Source of the DNA: Camelus dromedarius
Lineage: Eukaryota
Assembly: GCF_036321535.1 (NCBI RefSeq)
Contig: NC_087437.1
Location: 41,976,001 to 42,040,000 of the forward strand
Direction: 5' to 3'
DNA: 64,000 nt
In this document: one piece after another, positions 35,531 through 48,850 of the stretch
How the letters are laid out: each line of letters opens with the position of its first letter
Numbering within the stretch: the stretch's first letter is position 1
The notes under the pieces: generated by a model
Seen by the model: the letters and a program-made list of their open reading frames with translations, nothing else
The model's database searches: none
What the model was told of the DNA's origin: nothing
Program-made: the position numbers and the translations under genes

Positions 35531-38304
35531 CTGCTCTGCTGCCTCTTGCACTGTTCTTGTATTCAGCCTGTGCTAATGAGCACTGACCCTGCCGCTTGTG
35601 GTTCTGCCTGCTGAGAGGACAGCAGACTGGAACAAATGGAGTTGAGAGGAAACAGACAACAAAGAAATAAACATATAACATCACCAGAGGTGGTGATGGC
35701 TATGAGGAAAATACTGGTAAGAGTAATGGAAGGAGTGTGCTTTCTGGCAAAACTTTAACAATGTAAGATATTGTTCTAGTCGTTGGTTCTGCCCAACAGC
35801 CCAGGACAGTATGAAGAAAAGGCAAAAAAAAAAAAAAAAATCAGACTTTCTATAAAGTTTCACACTTACTGACAAATGGCTTGTCAGCCTGCGAACTGGA
35901 AGAGCTCACTGTTTGTGTACTTCACAGGGGAGTGTGACCAGGCAGAAGGTGCATGAGAAGGAGGCTGGGTAAATGCTGAGAGCGCCAGCATTGCGGTTAC
36001 TCCCGAGTTACAATACCAGCCTTTCAGATAGCGGTTGTGAGGAGTTTTCTTCTGGAGCTTTCCTTTTCTGTAGGAAATACTGTTTTAAATCCATTTCATT
36101 AAAAAGTGCCAGTTAGCAGAAGTCTTCTGTTTTATCCCTTTTGATAATGCCCACAAATGAATTTTTAAAGATTCAGAAGCAAGGGGAAGAAAAAGACAAA
36201 ATTCAAACATTAAGAAAGAATGTTGTGGCTGTCTAGAAGCCGGTGTTCAAGCACTGAAAAATTGTGTAAAGTTTTTTTTCAGGAGTGTAGGAAAAAGCCA
36301 TTACTATTGGGCATTTTGAGGTTGTGTGTTTTTATGAATGACTGTTGCCATGAACTTTCATCTAGCACCAGAGCCATCTCAGCTCCATCGTCCATCGTTT
36401 GGTTCTTGTCTAGTAGGTTCTCGTCAGGTTCATAATGTCTTTCACATGAGGCATAACCTTTTCATTTATAAAAGGTTGGAGAAAGGATTTCCCATTTCTT
36501 CCTACCAGGTAGACTTGAAAAATGTCCTGGCCTCTTTCTGGCTCATTGTCTCCTTCCACCACACCCACTGATGAGTGTGATAGCCTGGAAATTGATTAGA
36601 GACAGGCCATCCAGAGAGACAAGGAAGACACTTAACCTTACGCAAGGCCTCGTGTCTGAGGAATTCATTGTGCCATAAACCTGAGCATTTCTATTTTCAT
36701 TCCTTTCGTTCTTATTTTGAGAAAGCTTGAGATACTCAGCTCTTCCACAGAATGCACTTACTCTGTTTTCAAGAGTTTAAAGATTGAGTTAGTTCTTTTC
36801 GAAGTAATCTTCTTAGATTTGAAAAGGAATGCTTTGATTTAAAAACTTATGGACGAAACATAATTTCCTTCTGTTTGCAATATGTCGTTTTACTCTGTAT
36901 CCTTTTATTTAGAGTATGCTTATCAGAGTTGCAGGAAAATTTAACAACTGTTGCCAGAAAACAGGCCGATAGATTCTGTGAACTTTGTATTGGTAATTTA
37001 GTTCCTTACAAAAAAATAATATGTCTAATGTATTCACTGTGTTTTCTAATTACAAGGAAGTAATTATACTGCACTAATTAATGTGGATTTTGTGCCTTCT
37101 TTGCCTCTCTTTCAAAAATTCAATGCGATAAGTGTATATTGAATTCTCCCTGAATTGCTGGCTCTGGGGAGCTATCACTGCTTTTGGAGACCATACCTTT
37201 TATTTTACTTGGAGACCAAGATTTTAAAAGACCAGGAAATAAAGAGGAGAGTGAATATAACTGACAAAAAGTGATTGGAAATGTTACAAGCCTCTCAGGA
37301 GAGAGGCTAAAAGAGGAAGAGTATTGAAAGCTGAAGTAAGGCTTTCAAAAGTTGGGAAGCTTAAAGAATTTCCATGAATTAAACATCCTTACAATTACTT
37401 TTAATACTCTCCCTCTTCCAACAATGGAACTTTTTCTATGATGCTCTGTCTACTGTAGTTTTTTAATTTATGGAACTTGGAAAAAGCAAATTATTAGTTC
37501 ATATATTATTATCTGTTTCTTTTTGATGTCTAAATAAAATTTGGGATTATATATGCTTTTTCTCCTCACCTCTGTGATAATATTTGGTTAAAAAAAACTC
37601 CAAATTTGGGATTTGAGCATTGTGGCAATTTACTTCTAAAAGCATCTGAAATGCTTGCTTTATAAATTCAGTTAAGAACTTCAAGATTTATAGGTGGGAC
37701 ACACTTATGGAGGATGGCCCAGAGAAACACCCCTAGACTTACTGCCGGCCCCCACAGTCTGAGAGGCTTGACCAACCGAATAAACTTAACCAAGAAGGAA
37801 AATGCACATGCCATTTCCCCAGATTCCTGGTTTCTAGTGCCTTGGCACTATGCTGTCTTTATTCCTATTTCACAGAACCTATGCTGGAAAATGAAATAGA
37901 TGTGAGAATAACGAGGATTCTAACGGTCCTCATTTAGCACCTCCCTGCCTTTGTTGTTGTCTTTTAATAGATGAGGTGATGAAGAAAGGTTGAGGTTGAA
38001 GATTTTTCCCATCTCAGTGTTTTTTTCCTCTTATTCTGTCCTCTCTCCTACTTCATCCATCTAAAAGTGGGGATAGAACTCCCTTTTTAAAAAATGGCTG
38101 TACTGCATGTTTTAAGACAGCATCTTAAAATCTGTTATTTTTTAAAAATTTATTTATTTGAAAAATAAATGGGATTGTTTTAGGTGAAAACATTACTTGA
38201 CCCTGCTTGTTCACTGGGCAGTAGTCATGTGTAACAAAGTTACTTCCTTGGTGCTGACTGTTGGGTCACTCTGACCAGCCCATCCGAAAAAGTGAGTTTC
38301 ATGC

Positions 38305-38415
38305 GAGTGGGGATGCTATGCTGGGTGTCTCGTTCACCTCTATGCCCTTTCAAGCCAATACCTGGCACTTGGGCACTCAGCAAATGTTGGAGGAATGATT
38401 GCTAAATACATGAAT
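38305..38415 (+). mobile_element. L2 3' end
   Basis: gtctcgttcacctctatgccc...tacctggcacttgggcactcagcaaatgttgg. Confidence 0.65.
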
Positions 38416-38780
38416 CATTGATCAGTTCTAGAGAGTGCATAATTGAGATAGTAAAAATTTCAGGCATGGTTATTTCAATTAATTCTGCAATTCGTAAACC
38501 AACTTCAATAAATCTTGGCCTGAGTACATACTACAAGTATGTTTAGTCAACTTCTTTATTTGTATTATTAACTAAAATTCAACCGCAGAAATATACATTG
38601 AGTTATAATTAAAATTTCGTTTTTATTGTTACGCTAAGAAGTGGTACTATTGAGACAGAGTTTTTCCCTCACTTTTTCGTAGAGTGCTGATGCTGAATTT
38701 GACTAAAGTGAAAAGATTTCAAGCCCATGAACCATTCTGAGCACACACTCTGCACATTTTGCCTTCTGGCCTTTGTTTTA

Positions 38781-38939
38781 TTTTGTTTGTTTGTTTTTTA
38801 TTTTAATTTAATTTAATTATTTTGGGGTGGGAGGTAATTAGGTTAATTAGTTAATTTATTTAATGGTGGTCCCGGGGATGGAACCCAGGACCTCATGCAT
38901 GCTAAGCATGCACTCTTCCACTTGAGCTATACCCTCCCC
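38781..38939 (-). mobile_element. Camelid vic-1-type tRNA-Ala-derived SINE
   Basis: Reverse complement GGGGAGGGTATAGCTCAAGTGGAAGAGTGCATGCTTAGCATGCATGAGGTCCTGGGTTCCATCCCC...CCTAATTACCTCCC + A-rich tail; 14-bp TSD tggcctttgtttta (38767-38780, 38943-38956). Confidence 0.92.
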
Positions 38940-39874
38940 TCTTGGCCTTTGTTTTAGATTCCGTACCTCCAGTGCCCCAACCTCTCATTAAAATGTGAAG
39001 CTCCTCCCTTCACTATGGGCCAGATCAGATGTCTTAGTTATCTTGAAACATTTTTAGATTGCCTTGTACAATTTTGTACTCAGTTACATTATTTTGTTCA
39101 TTCTTGTTTTATCACTGCCAGAGTGTTTCCCCTACTACTAGAAGAAGGGCCCTAGGAATGAACCATCATACTGGAAAGGGAAGCATTTAAACTTTCTTTA
39201 CTAAGTTTTTTTAATTGGGAGACTATGACTATTTTTTTTTTTTTTTTAGTATTAGTATCTGCTTGCAAGGAATGGTAACCTTGTCTAAACTTAGTGAATT
39301 GTAATCATAATCATAGAATATATAGTTATTCTTATTTGTAAGACAGTTTGCTTTGATGCCATTGTAGAGGAGGAACATTGTTTTAAAAAAAGAAAAAGGA
39401 AAAGAAAAAGTTCAATTAAAATATTGTCATTTAAACACTTATTTTTCAAGATGTGATAAGAATGATTTTTTTCACTTTAGTCTGGCAAGTTTGAGAAGCT
39501 GTCTCATCCCACCGCCAAAATTCCCCTGGCGTCTCTTCTGCAATGTCCTTAATTGACTGCTTTCCATTTCAAATTTCCTATGACAAGGTGCTCCCTCCTC
39601 AACAAGTGCTCACCATGGCAGCAAGGTAGATTATTCCATTTTGGACTATCAAAGTTGTACCTTCTTAAATCTGATAATAAATGATGATCCCAGAAACACC
39701 AGTGTTTTAAATAAATTTGATTATTTGCTTTGTTTAAAATCACATTATTCAGTCATGTTTCTTATATTGTTTGGAATGAGGAAATATCAGGGGATTTTGT
39801 GATTTTTATTATTTTCAAATACCAGCAATTAACAGTTACTCATTGCTTGCTGTGTCGTGACAGTATACATTTTG

Positions 39875-40010
39875 AATGCTGTTGTACAGATGGGGAAACT
39901 GAAACTCAGTGATGTTAGGTGCCTTGACCAAGTTCACATAGGAAGTAAGAGAGGAAGTTGGAATGCTGACTCAGGAGGCAAGACTTCAGATCCCCTGCTC
40001 TGAACCACGT
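39875..40010 (-). mobile_element. MIR
   Basis: tacagatggggaaactgaaactcagtgatgttaggtgccttgaccaagttcacataggaagtaag...gacttcagatcccctgctctgaaccac. Confidence 0.85.
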
Positions 40011-40509
40011 CTCTGTCCCCCTGGAGCTTTGCTAGAATGTTTTCTCTCCTGTGAATTCCGGCCTGCTCAGAGTGCCTGCCCCTTTCTAAAGGTGCCGACT
40101 TTTTAAATTATATAATCTTAAGTGTAACCTTCTTAGTGAAGGCTGCAGTGGCTCAGAAGCTATGGGAGTTACCAGAGGATGAGGTTGGAAACACTGCAGT
40201 GTTCACAGCAGAACTCTCCATCATCTGCTTCACACAGCATTCACCGTGAAATTTCTTTCTATTGTCTCTCTGAATTTTGTTCTTGTAAATATTAATAGGC
40301 TTCAATGATAGGTTAGTAAACCATAATGGGTAAGTTTATTTAGTGTAATATCGGAGGGGGAAGTCAATGATTAAATATTTAAAAATTTGTAATTTGACAA
40401 CCATTGGATCTCTTGTTTAATGATAAAATATTGATGAACTTGAAATTATCTTTACCTATAATCTCATTTCATTTATAAAGTCATATGGTTTAAGAAGTAA
40501 ATGAGACCA

Positions 40510-40630
40510 CAGAACATGACTAACCCTCCTTATTTTCCCGATGAAAAGACTAGGGCTCAGAGAAGCCACATAATTTCCTCAAAATCACACAGCACACAGC
40601 TGGTCATGATTGTAGCCCGGGTCCTTTCAG
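40510..40630 (-). mobile_element. MIR fragment
   Basis: aaccctccttattttcccgatgaaaagactagggctcagagaag...aatttcctcaaaatcacacagc. Confidence 0.65.
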
Positions 40631-40645
40631 CTTCATCTCACTGAG

Positions 40646-40648
<3 letters not shown>

Positions 40649-40722
<74 letters not shown>
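40649..40722 (+). repeat. Perfect (GT)37 microsatellite
   Basis: Direct read: 74 nt of uninterrupted GT. Confidence 0.98.
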
Positions 40723-40724
<2 letters not shown>

Positions 40725-41919
40725 TTGTTTTCAACTTGGTCCTTGTTCTCAATATTAAACTCACAAAATCATTTTTTATGTTAGTATTTGGTATATGTAC
40801 TGTCATTGATATCAATATTGTGGCATATTCTGTGGGCTGCGAGAGTATCTTAGAAGAACTTAACGTATATTAAACATTTGCTTTATGCTGGGCAAATCTT
40901 ACTTTTAATCTCAAATAATCATCACTTTTAATGCCATGAGAACTGATAATATTGTCACTGTTGGCCTCATCTTCATCCCATTCTAGAGGCTGGCAGGCCT
41001 GAGTTTCTCAGAGCTTAAGCAGGCTATTGAGGTGATGGATCGAGGCTTCAGATTCTTGTCTAACTTTACAGTACCGTCTATTTTGCAGCAAGGAAAGTGA
41101 GTTTCAACTCTCCTGCCAACTCTCAACCAATTTATTGTGGCTGACTGGAGTACCGTGTGCAGGATCCAGAAACAGCCTCCAGGCCTAGTGCCAAGTGTGC
41201 AGTGTTTGATGGTTTGATGGTCTGCCATGGTCTTGGAATCAGGTTAAAGATGATATATGTGACACAAATTGCCAGACTTACTATTTTTCCTCAACGTAGT
41301 GAATTGATTCTTAGTTTCACAGGATAGGAAATTCAGTTTTAAGTTTACATGGGAAGATGGAGATAGAATTGGTGACCATGCTCTGGAAAACCAACTCATA
41401 CTAACCGAATTCACAGAAGACTGTTTAGTAAGTGCTAACGCCAATTCAGTAATCCACCTTTGTTGCTTGGTATACTCACATTCACTGAGGAATGATTCTG
41501 TAGATAACTTATCTCCTGTTTTATTTTGACTGCCTTGATCTCTAATTACAGGGCATGACAATTTCTGTTCTCATCTTAATTTTGGAGATTTTTCCTGTGA
41601 GGAGTCTATAGCCTCTGGTGCACTTACTTTAGGAACAAGGGCTTAATTGCAGAGATCAAGATAAATTATTCATCCTGCTTGGCTATATCAAATGCAATTT
41701 ATTACAGATTGGAAAGAACAGTGTCTTTAAAACTTCAACTCAGAAATTTATCTGAAAGAATTCATTATTTAGAGTCTCAGTATTAAGAAAAACACAAATA
41801 AATAAATGTCTTAAATGTCTGCTTATGATTGTTCATTCCTCATTTCTGTCCTTCTGCCTCTCTCTAAATCTGTAGTCTTGTGTTAACTGTGTTAAATGTT
41901 AGGTCCCAGTCTTTCTCTC

Positions 41920-41968
41920 TGTTCTCTTCCTCCTTTTTTTTTTCTTTCTTTTTTTTTTTTTTTTTTTG
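41920..41968 (+). repeat. T-rich low-complexity tract
   Basis: Long interrupted poly(T) run with a few C. Confidence 0.85.
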
Positions 41969-42572
41969 CTATCTTGCTTCTTTTTAACTTGTACTATCAC
42001 TTATTTTTATGATATTTGGGTTGTTTGTCTCAAGTATATTAAAAGGTATTGCAAAATACTACCCCAGTGCAGACGGAGGGGTCATACTACTCAATTTTTT
42101 GTAGACCAGTTATTTTGAATGGCTTTTTACTTTGTCTCATAGCCCGTAATTCACTGTTGATTTGAAATGTTGTGCTTGGTGTTTTTCTGCTCTACATGCT
42201 CCATAGCATTTTGGTTGTTGGCTGGTAGCACCCCCGCCATCCTCTACCACTGCTGGACTTTGTTTAGGATTCAGGAAACCTAGACTTTCTCTGGATTTGC
42301 TTGGCCTCGCGTCTTTCTTCCTTCTTGTCAGCACTCCTTGAGGAAAGATGTTTTTGATGTCTAGAAATGTGCCCTTGTGAGGAAACTATTAAGAACTGAA
42401 AAGACACAACCACAAAGGAAGGCCAGTAAAGATTTTCAAAAATTGTATCATCTTTATAATAGTTGAAATGCTCCTACTGAATGAATACAAAAAGAAAAAA
42501 AAGCGTTAATTTTGGGTGAGCAAGCAGAGTTTTAAAAACCGTACTAACAGGTTATACTGTCGGGGACGAGTA

Positions 42573-42740
42573 CTGATTCATGCACTCATTCAACCTCAGT
42601 TAGCGAGGTCCTGCCATTGGCCGGGTACTCTGGTTGATACCTTGAGAGCGGCAAAAATTTAAATGTGTGATTCTTACCTTGTATGACCTTATCTGTCACG
42701 TGAAATAAGACATGGGCAGGAGTGATAGTATACAATTATG
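42573..42740 (-). mobile_element. L2 3' region
   Basis: ttcatgcactcattcaac...gaggtcctgccattggccgggtactctg...tgattcttaccttgtatgaccttat...aataagacat. Confidence 0.6.
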
Positions 42741-44605
42741 AATGAGATTATATGTCACTATTGTAGATAATACTTACATTTGATAATCAAACCGATGTTT
42801 CTTTTGGAATATTCTTTCAGTGGGTAAGGTGAGACTGAGAAGCTCCTAACCTGAAAGTATAGCGTTTGTGGGAAATACTCAGTTTTTACATGTGATAAGT
42901 AATTGTAGGTACAGTGGAAATGACCAGAGTCGCAAGTACTGTAAGATTAAATAACTCGTATAACTCTTGGTGGCAATCTTAAATACATTTGCTCCAGCCC
43001 AAACAGTGTCTGGTGTAGATTTTGGAAAATGGAATTCATATGAATTCTGAATTTGTTTCTTTTCGTATATGGAACGTTTATTAACCTTCTATAACATGTG
43101 AGCAAGTGGTTTGATAAAAATTTGACTTTAAAAACAAATTAGTATTCTTTAGTTTCATAGACATCTTAATGAATTGGAAATCATTGTGATTTCTTTGTCA
43201 TTTGTTTGTTAAATGGCATTTAAGAATGCGTTCATATACACTCCAAAGACTTTGTTTTCGTATTTGAATTATAACTTACTGCTTCTGTATAACCATCTAC
43301 TTATGATTAAAATTATATGTGGTACTTTTTTATTGGGAAGAATCTAATGGTGGCATAGATCACATAGTTAGCTCTAAAATTCTTTTTTAAAAAAGTATTA
43401 AGAGCATTAAGGATTGATTTAGGATTTGTAATTATGTTTCTAAGTATCTACTCATTTAGTCCAGCACTACAGAATCACATAAGAACTTAATTTCATAGGT
43501 GGATCTCAGTGACATTAAAAAATATTTGTGTTTTTCTTGTTACCCGTGGGCCTAAAGGTTTAATGAGTTTAAATTATTCCCTTGGCCTCAACCCTGGGTG
43601 GGTAACCTAATTCTGATAGCATGGTGAATGGTTACTGTGACTACCATGTTGCTAAGAAACCCGCTATGTTATCAAGTTGCCTTGGTGAAGCAATGGCTTC
43701 TTGGGCCTCCTCAGCACTGCTGGGAGGTGGTTCATCAGAGCTAGGAGGGACCTCAGAGAACTTGTTTCCCAGGTTATTACTAAATTTTCATCCGCGAGGG
43801 AAACAAAACTGGGTCTGTTAAAAAAAAACCAAAAAAACAAAAAAACAAAAACTGACATGAAAGAAAATCAAGTTATTTTAAATTAAATCATAATCTTTGG
43901 TTATTTTTTTTAAAGTTGTGATCCAAGATACAAAGCTATTTTTCTAATAATAAATTGGAACAATTTGTGTATTGAATCGTATGTATTCCTCCCCCTGTCT
44001 AACTTTGCCATTTCATTTTGTTTTCTTAGATTTTTGGCAGTGCATTTATAATGTATGGATGAGTGTTTGAATTGAGATTATGAGAGAAAAAAGTGTGAAA
44101 TTGTTTTAGTCACTTGATATAAATTTTTCTTTGCTATGAAAATATTCAACTTTTTAAAATTATTCTTTTTAAAGCTATGCTATATAGCATTTTTTAAAAA
44201 TGCACCAAGACTTGTAACTAGGTTAAGAATCCCATTCAGGATAGGCACCTGGCTTCTGCCAGCTTTGCTCCTAAGCTTGACGTCATTGCAGATCCTCAGA
44301 GCTCCACAATGTAAGTCAACGTAGGAGTGAAGAACCTGAGAAGTTGTGCTATAAACTGTTTCTCACTTTGGGTAACTTAGGTTTCTTCCATATAATTTTG
44401 TTCTAATATTCACTTACATTTTGAGGTGCTTGCTTTTAGCACATCAAGTTTTAAGAAACCCTGTTCTCGACTGTTGCCCAGATGGAGACTAGAGGAGGGG
44501 CTCTTTACCATTTGACACAGGTCTCCTGAGAGTAGAACCAGGTAAAATGCAAGCGGGCCTGCAGAGCGGGGGTGGGGAGCAGTCCAGGCATGCTGGAGTG
44601 GGTAC

Positions 44606-44858
44606 CTGCAGTTAAGAGCACAGGCTTGGAAGTCAGACTGTCTGGGTTCAGTTTTGGGTCTTCTGTCGCAAACTTTCTGACCTTAAATGAGTTACGTAAT
44701 GATGATAATCCTAGATTTCCCCAACAATGAAAGAGGGATGGTAACAGTTTCTACCTTAGAGAGTTGTGAGGATTAAATGAGATTATGTCAAATGCTTAGC
44801 ATGACTTCTGGCACTTAGTGCGAGCCCTCATAAACATACAATGTGAATTATTATTATA
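44606..44858 (+). mobile_element. Full-length MIR
   Basis: gttaagagcacaggcttggaagtcagactgtctgggttca...gttgtgaggattaaatgagattatg...gcttagcatgacttctggcacttagt...attattat. Confidence 0.9.
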
Positions 44859-45039
44859 GAGGATATTTGGGGGAGCTGTGTGAGAGTTGTTTCTTCAAAT
44901 TTTAAAAACATGGATAGTTGTCATTTGACAAGGCCTCCCCCACAAAAGATTTTAATTGCTGGGAAGAGTTTTCAGATTAAAAATTTTTTATTTTATGTTA
45001 CGCTTTTTATAGTTTATTTCCATTTGTCCTTTTCCTTTA

Positions 45040-45170
45040 GTTTGGAGTTGGGCATTCAAGGTGTTGGCCCTAACTCTTTGTCTCTCTGGGGCCTCAGTTT
45101 TCTCATCTGTAAAATAGAGCAGTAGGGGTGCAATTTGGTTGATGTCTTAAATTATGCCTAGCTCTAGTGG
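45040..45170 (+). mobile_element. MIR (MIR3-like) fragment
   Basis: ctctggggcctcagttttctcatctgtaaaatagag. Confidence 0.7.
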
Positions 45171-45374
45171 CCTGAGCTCTGGGAGTGCGTAGTGAGAGGT
45201 TCCATTCTGAACAGAAAAAGGGAGGTCTAGAGTTTGAGGACAGCCTCAAAGTCTGCAAATCAGAATGGATCACGTGGATGATAGCAGCAAGAGCTCTGAG
45301 AGGCAGTAAGTAAGTGGGTAGCCTTTATATGCTGGGGTTAAATATATGCTTTAAGCAATCATTTTCTCCTTTTT

Positions 45375-46650
45375 AAAAAATATTTAAAATTTGGAATGAA
45401 CCTCAAAATTAGAGTTGTTGCAAATACAGTACAAAATACCTCACGGCACTAGTTGGCTAAAACCAGTTTATTTGGGGGAAACAATCTGAATGGTGCAATA
45501 CATACAGTACTATATATAGTCCAGATATACTTTGAATAGCACAGAAAACCACTGGAAAGTAAGTTGGTCTCTGACGTCCATCACCCCTGAATACTTTACT
45601 TGTATTTCTTTACAAACAATTCTCCTTTGTAACCAAGATGGTCGTGTTCTTGTTATGGCCTATCAGGTGGTCATGATTTTGATTTGTCCTATACTGATGA
45701 TGACCATTTTGATTGTTTGATTAAGATGATAACTGCCAGTCTTCTCCATTGTAGACTTTTTCATTTTCCCTTTGTAATTAATAAGTATTTCATAGAGAGA
45801 TATTTTAAAGTGACAGAAAAAAACCAGTATTAAAATGTCTATTCAAACTAATACAAAGACATGCTTTGGTTTTGCTTTTAGTAATTTCATTACTAAACAT
45901 TATTTATTTTGATGCTCAAAATCTCTTCCAGCCATCTTATGTATACATTTAACATGTCCCCATCGTTCTTTGAGTACTTCCTTTCTAGTACAAAAAATGT
46001 TCTAGGCTCATCTTGAACATTTCCTGTCTTAGTCCTCAATTAACCATTTCCCTAGGAAATCCTGGTTTCTTTTAGAAGAGAGTGATATTTAGAGTCCCAG
46101 ATAGGGGTAGTATGTGTGTCCATTACTGTTGGGGTTGCACCTTTCCAAGACTCTCAGTGGACAAACCTGGTGACTGTTTGAATGGGTATACATACACACT
46201 TACACACTCATACAGATACACACATGCATAAAAACACATGTAAGTACACTTTTTATATGTATTTCTACATCTTACTATATATATTGAAATTGTGAGTTTA
46301 TACTGATACTGATTCCCATCCAACACAAGGGTTCTGACTTTCCTTACCATGATTGATTCTATTATAATGAGAAGTCTGGCTCCCTGCATGTGTAACCAGC
46401 CTTGCAGTATTTGCCCTGCCTCACCTCTTGGGCTGATATCACATGCCAGACTGCCTCACCTCATGGATACGCTCCTTGAGTACCTGTCCCATGCCAGGCT
46501 GCCACCATGAGTGATGTCTTCTTTAACCTAACTGGTCTCCAGTCCCGATGCTTTTATGTGACCTGTCCATGCTGAGCTGTCTCCACACCTGGTCACCCTC
46601 CTCACCCCACGCCAGCTGTCACCTGCCATGTCAGACTGATCCTCTAACTG
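45375..46650 (-). mobile_element. L1MC-type (L1MC3/4-like) long 3' UTR remnant
   Basis: catcacccctgaatacttt; ctgccagtcttctccattgta...ttccctttgtaattaataagtatt; ttttgatgctcaaa; tgttctaggctcatcttg...aaccatttcc...ctggtttctttt. Confidence 0.75.
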
Positions 46651-47829
46651 TGGGGGTGCCTGCCGTGGGGGTAGGAACAGGAAGAGAAGTAAAATGAAGA
46701 GCTATTTTCATGTCTTTAACATGCCTAGTGAAGGAGTGGTAGCTGTTAGGGATATTTTATTTTTCACAACACTATTGTATTAATCTCATCAAGGAAGAAA
46801 TAACATATATAATTATTTGTGTCCTTTGGGTTGGAGTTTAAACAAATGAATGCAGTGGTGTGTGTGCCCTCAAGTCACTGGCTTAGTTTGGAGCATGAAA
46901 CTGAGTAAAATGATTCTGTGGTTTGGGGAGAGGAGAGTGTAGCAAGGGAAGAAGTGGGTCCCCCCTCCGAAGTGCACCCAAGTACCTTGGCCTTTATCAA
47001 TTTTTAGTGAAAGGGCTGTCTTTGTGGCAGCTGTTGCCAGTCTAATCGCTGCCATGTGCATATGTAGGCAGAAAGAGTTTGAATCGCACTTGTTAGCTAA
47101 AACCAACTTCTTAGTGGATTTATTTGAACAGTGCTTCAGAATTTTCATGCGTATGATCTTATCCCTGTGTAGGTATCAGGGCCAGCCATGTTTTCAGGCT
47201 CCCTGTTCCAGCCAGGCTCACTCCAGGGGCTCCTACAGTCAAGTTCTGTTAGCGCTCCCGCTGGAAAGCCTCACAGGGGCTGGGTCCTGGCCCGGTGCCC
47301 CTCTCATGAGAGCCACAGCCCCAGCGGGGAAAAGCACAGGGTGCAGTTTTTTTTACCCGGATTCTGGCAGCTCTCCAGACCCTTTAGTGTCTGAGGTTTC
47401 GTCTTTTCTTTCTTCCTTTAAAAAATATTGTAACATAACTACTTGGACGTATTAGGGGAGTTGAGCAGTGTGGGGGCAGGGGAGTCGGAGGGCTAGAGAC
47501 AGGGCCTTCAGGTGGCTCCTCAGCAGTGCTCTCCTGCCACAGCTTTACTTGTGAGGGTGACGTCCTGAGGAGCGGTAGCAGGATGGGAGGCAAATCTGTA
47601 CCCCTGGAGGGTTTCCCTGTCATGGGTGTGTTACTTCCCTGTGGTTGTCTGAGTAAAGCAGTGGGAGTCTCCTGCTAGGTCTGTAACCTCCTATCTGTAG
47701 CATTCTTTGTACAAACTGCTGGCATCTTCAGGGTCTAAGTCAGCCCTGTCTGTTTCCCACCCTCCAGCCTATGGAGTATTACAAAATGGCAGATGTTTAA
47801 CAGTTACCAGGGTCCCATTCATGTCTTCA

Positions 47830-47976
47830 TAGTGCCCAGAGTTGAATTTCAGATGTACAAGAAATAACTTGTTGGTGTAAACATGTTCCATGCAGTATTT
47901 GGAACAAATTATTGCATATCTGAAATTCAAATTTAACTGAGTATGTCCTGAGTGTGTCTTTCATTTGGCAACCCTG
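47830..47976. mobile_element. MER53 palindromic hAT MITE (left end degraded)
   Basis: Arms ttgaatttcagat (47842-47854) / atctgaaattcaa (47918-47930), centre tgttccatgcagtatttggaaca, terminus tttggcaaccct. Confidence 0.85.
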
Positions 47977-48850
47977 CTTCACGAATTTTTGCATGATGCA
48001 GTAACTTGGATACAAGTTGTACTTAGAAGAATATATATGTATATGATCAATTTTGAAAAAATTGGCAGCGTTTCACAGATAAACCCTTGAATGATAAAAA
48101 TTTGAGGCTTGATCTTAACCTTCCTTAAAAGGCAACTGAATTGCAATTGAGCTGGCAAATCACATGAGCCAGATCCAGACTAAGTTAAATCAGCCAGCTT
48201 GAGGTAGGAATTTGAAGTTACAGCATTCAGAATTACTAATCAACTCATCCCACCCCTGCACCCCCCACTCCCTCTCTTTAATGGTTTTTCAGCTTGTAAG
48301 TTAGAAATTTGGGCTAAGCCTTCCCTTCATAAAAAGCCTCTTTCCTTTATTCATTGAAAAGGATAGCTGAAGTTGCATTTGTGCATGGAGGAAAAAGAAA
48401 GATTTTTATAGAGACTTCCGCCTTGCTTTGTCTTTTATTTGGTCAGTATTTCCTTTGGCTTGATCTGCAAGAGGACCAGAGAGACCCATGCCATCTCTCC
48501 CTCTGTTAGGTACTATCTTTCATATCCTTTGATTCACTTGATTCAGCTAACACCTTCTTGTAAGGGCAGGTGGTTATAAAGGAATTCTCCAAGTTGAACA
48601 GTTTATTAGTACCTTCCCAGAGGATAAAGAGTTTGTCTTATTATGAAATTTTAGGATTGTCTTATTAACCCTTTGTTGTTGAATGAGTAGAGTCCTGGTG
48701 GGACCCTTCTGTCCTCAGCTCTGTCATTGTCATCTTCCACTGATTCTGGTCCTTGACCCCTGGAAGAGATGATTTTGTAAGTTGACATCACATTCATAAT
48801 TTGGCTTAAATAGAACCCAGTTGTTATTTGAGGCTTTTTAATGGTTTAGT

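Noticed and set aside
40633..40873. CV/TH-repeat ORFs (also 17565-17801)
   Set aside because: Translation of GT/CA microsatellites
46430..46650. Degenerate array of ACCTGTCCCATGCCAGGCTG-like units, superficially repeat-spacer like
   Set aside because: Units are irregular and diverged and are contiguous with an L1MC 3' UTR, which I recall containing such internal repeats; not a CRISPR-like array
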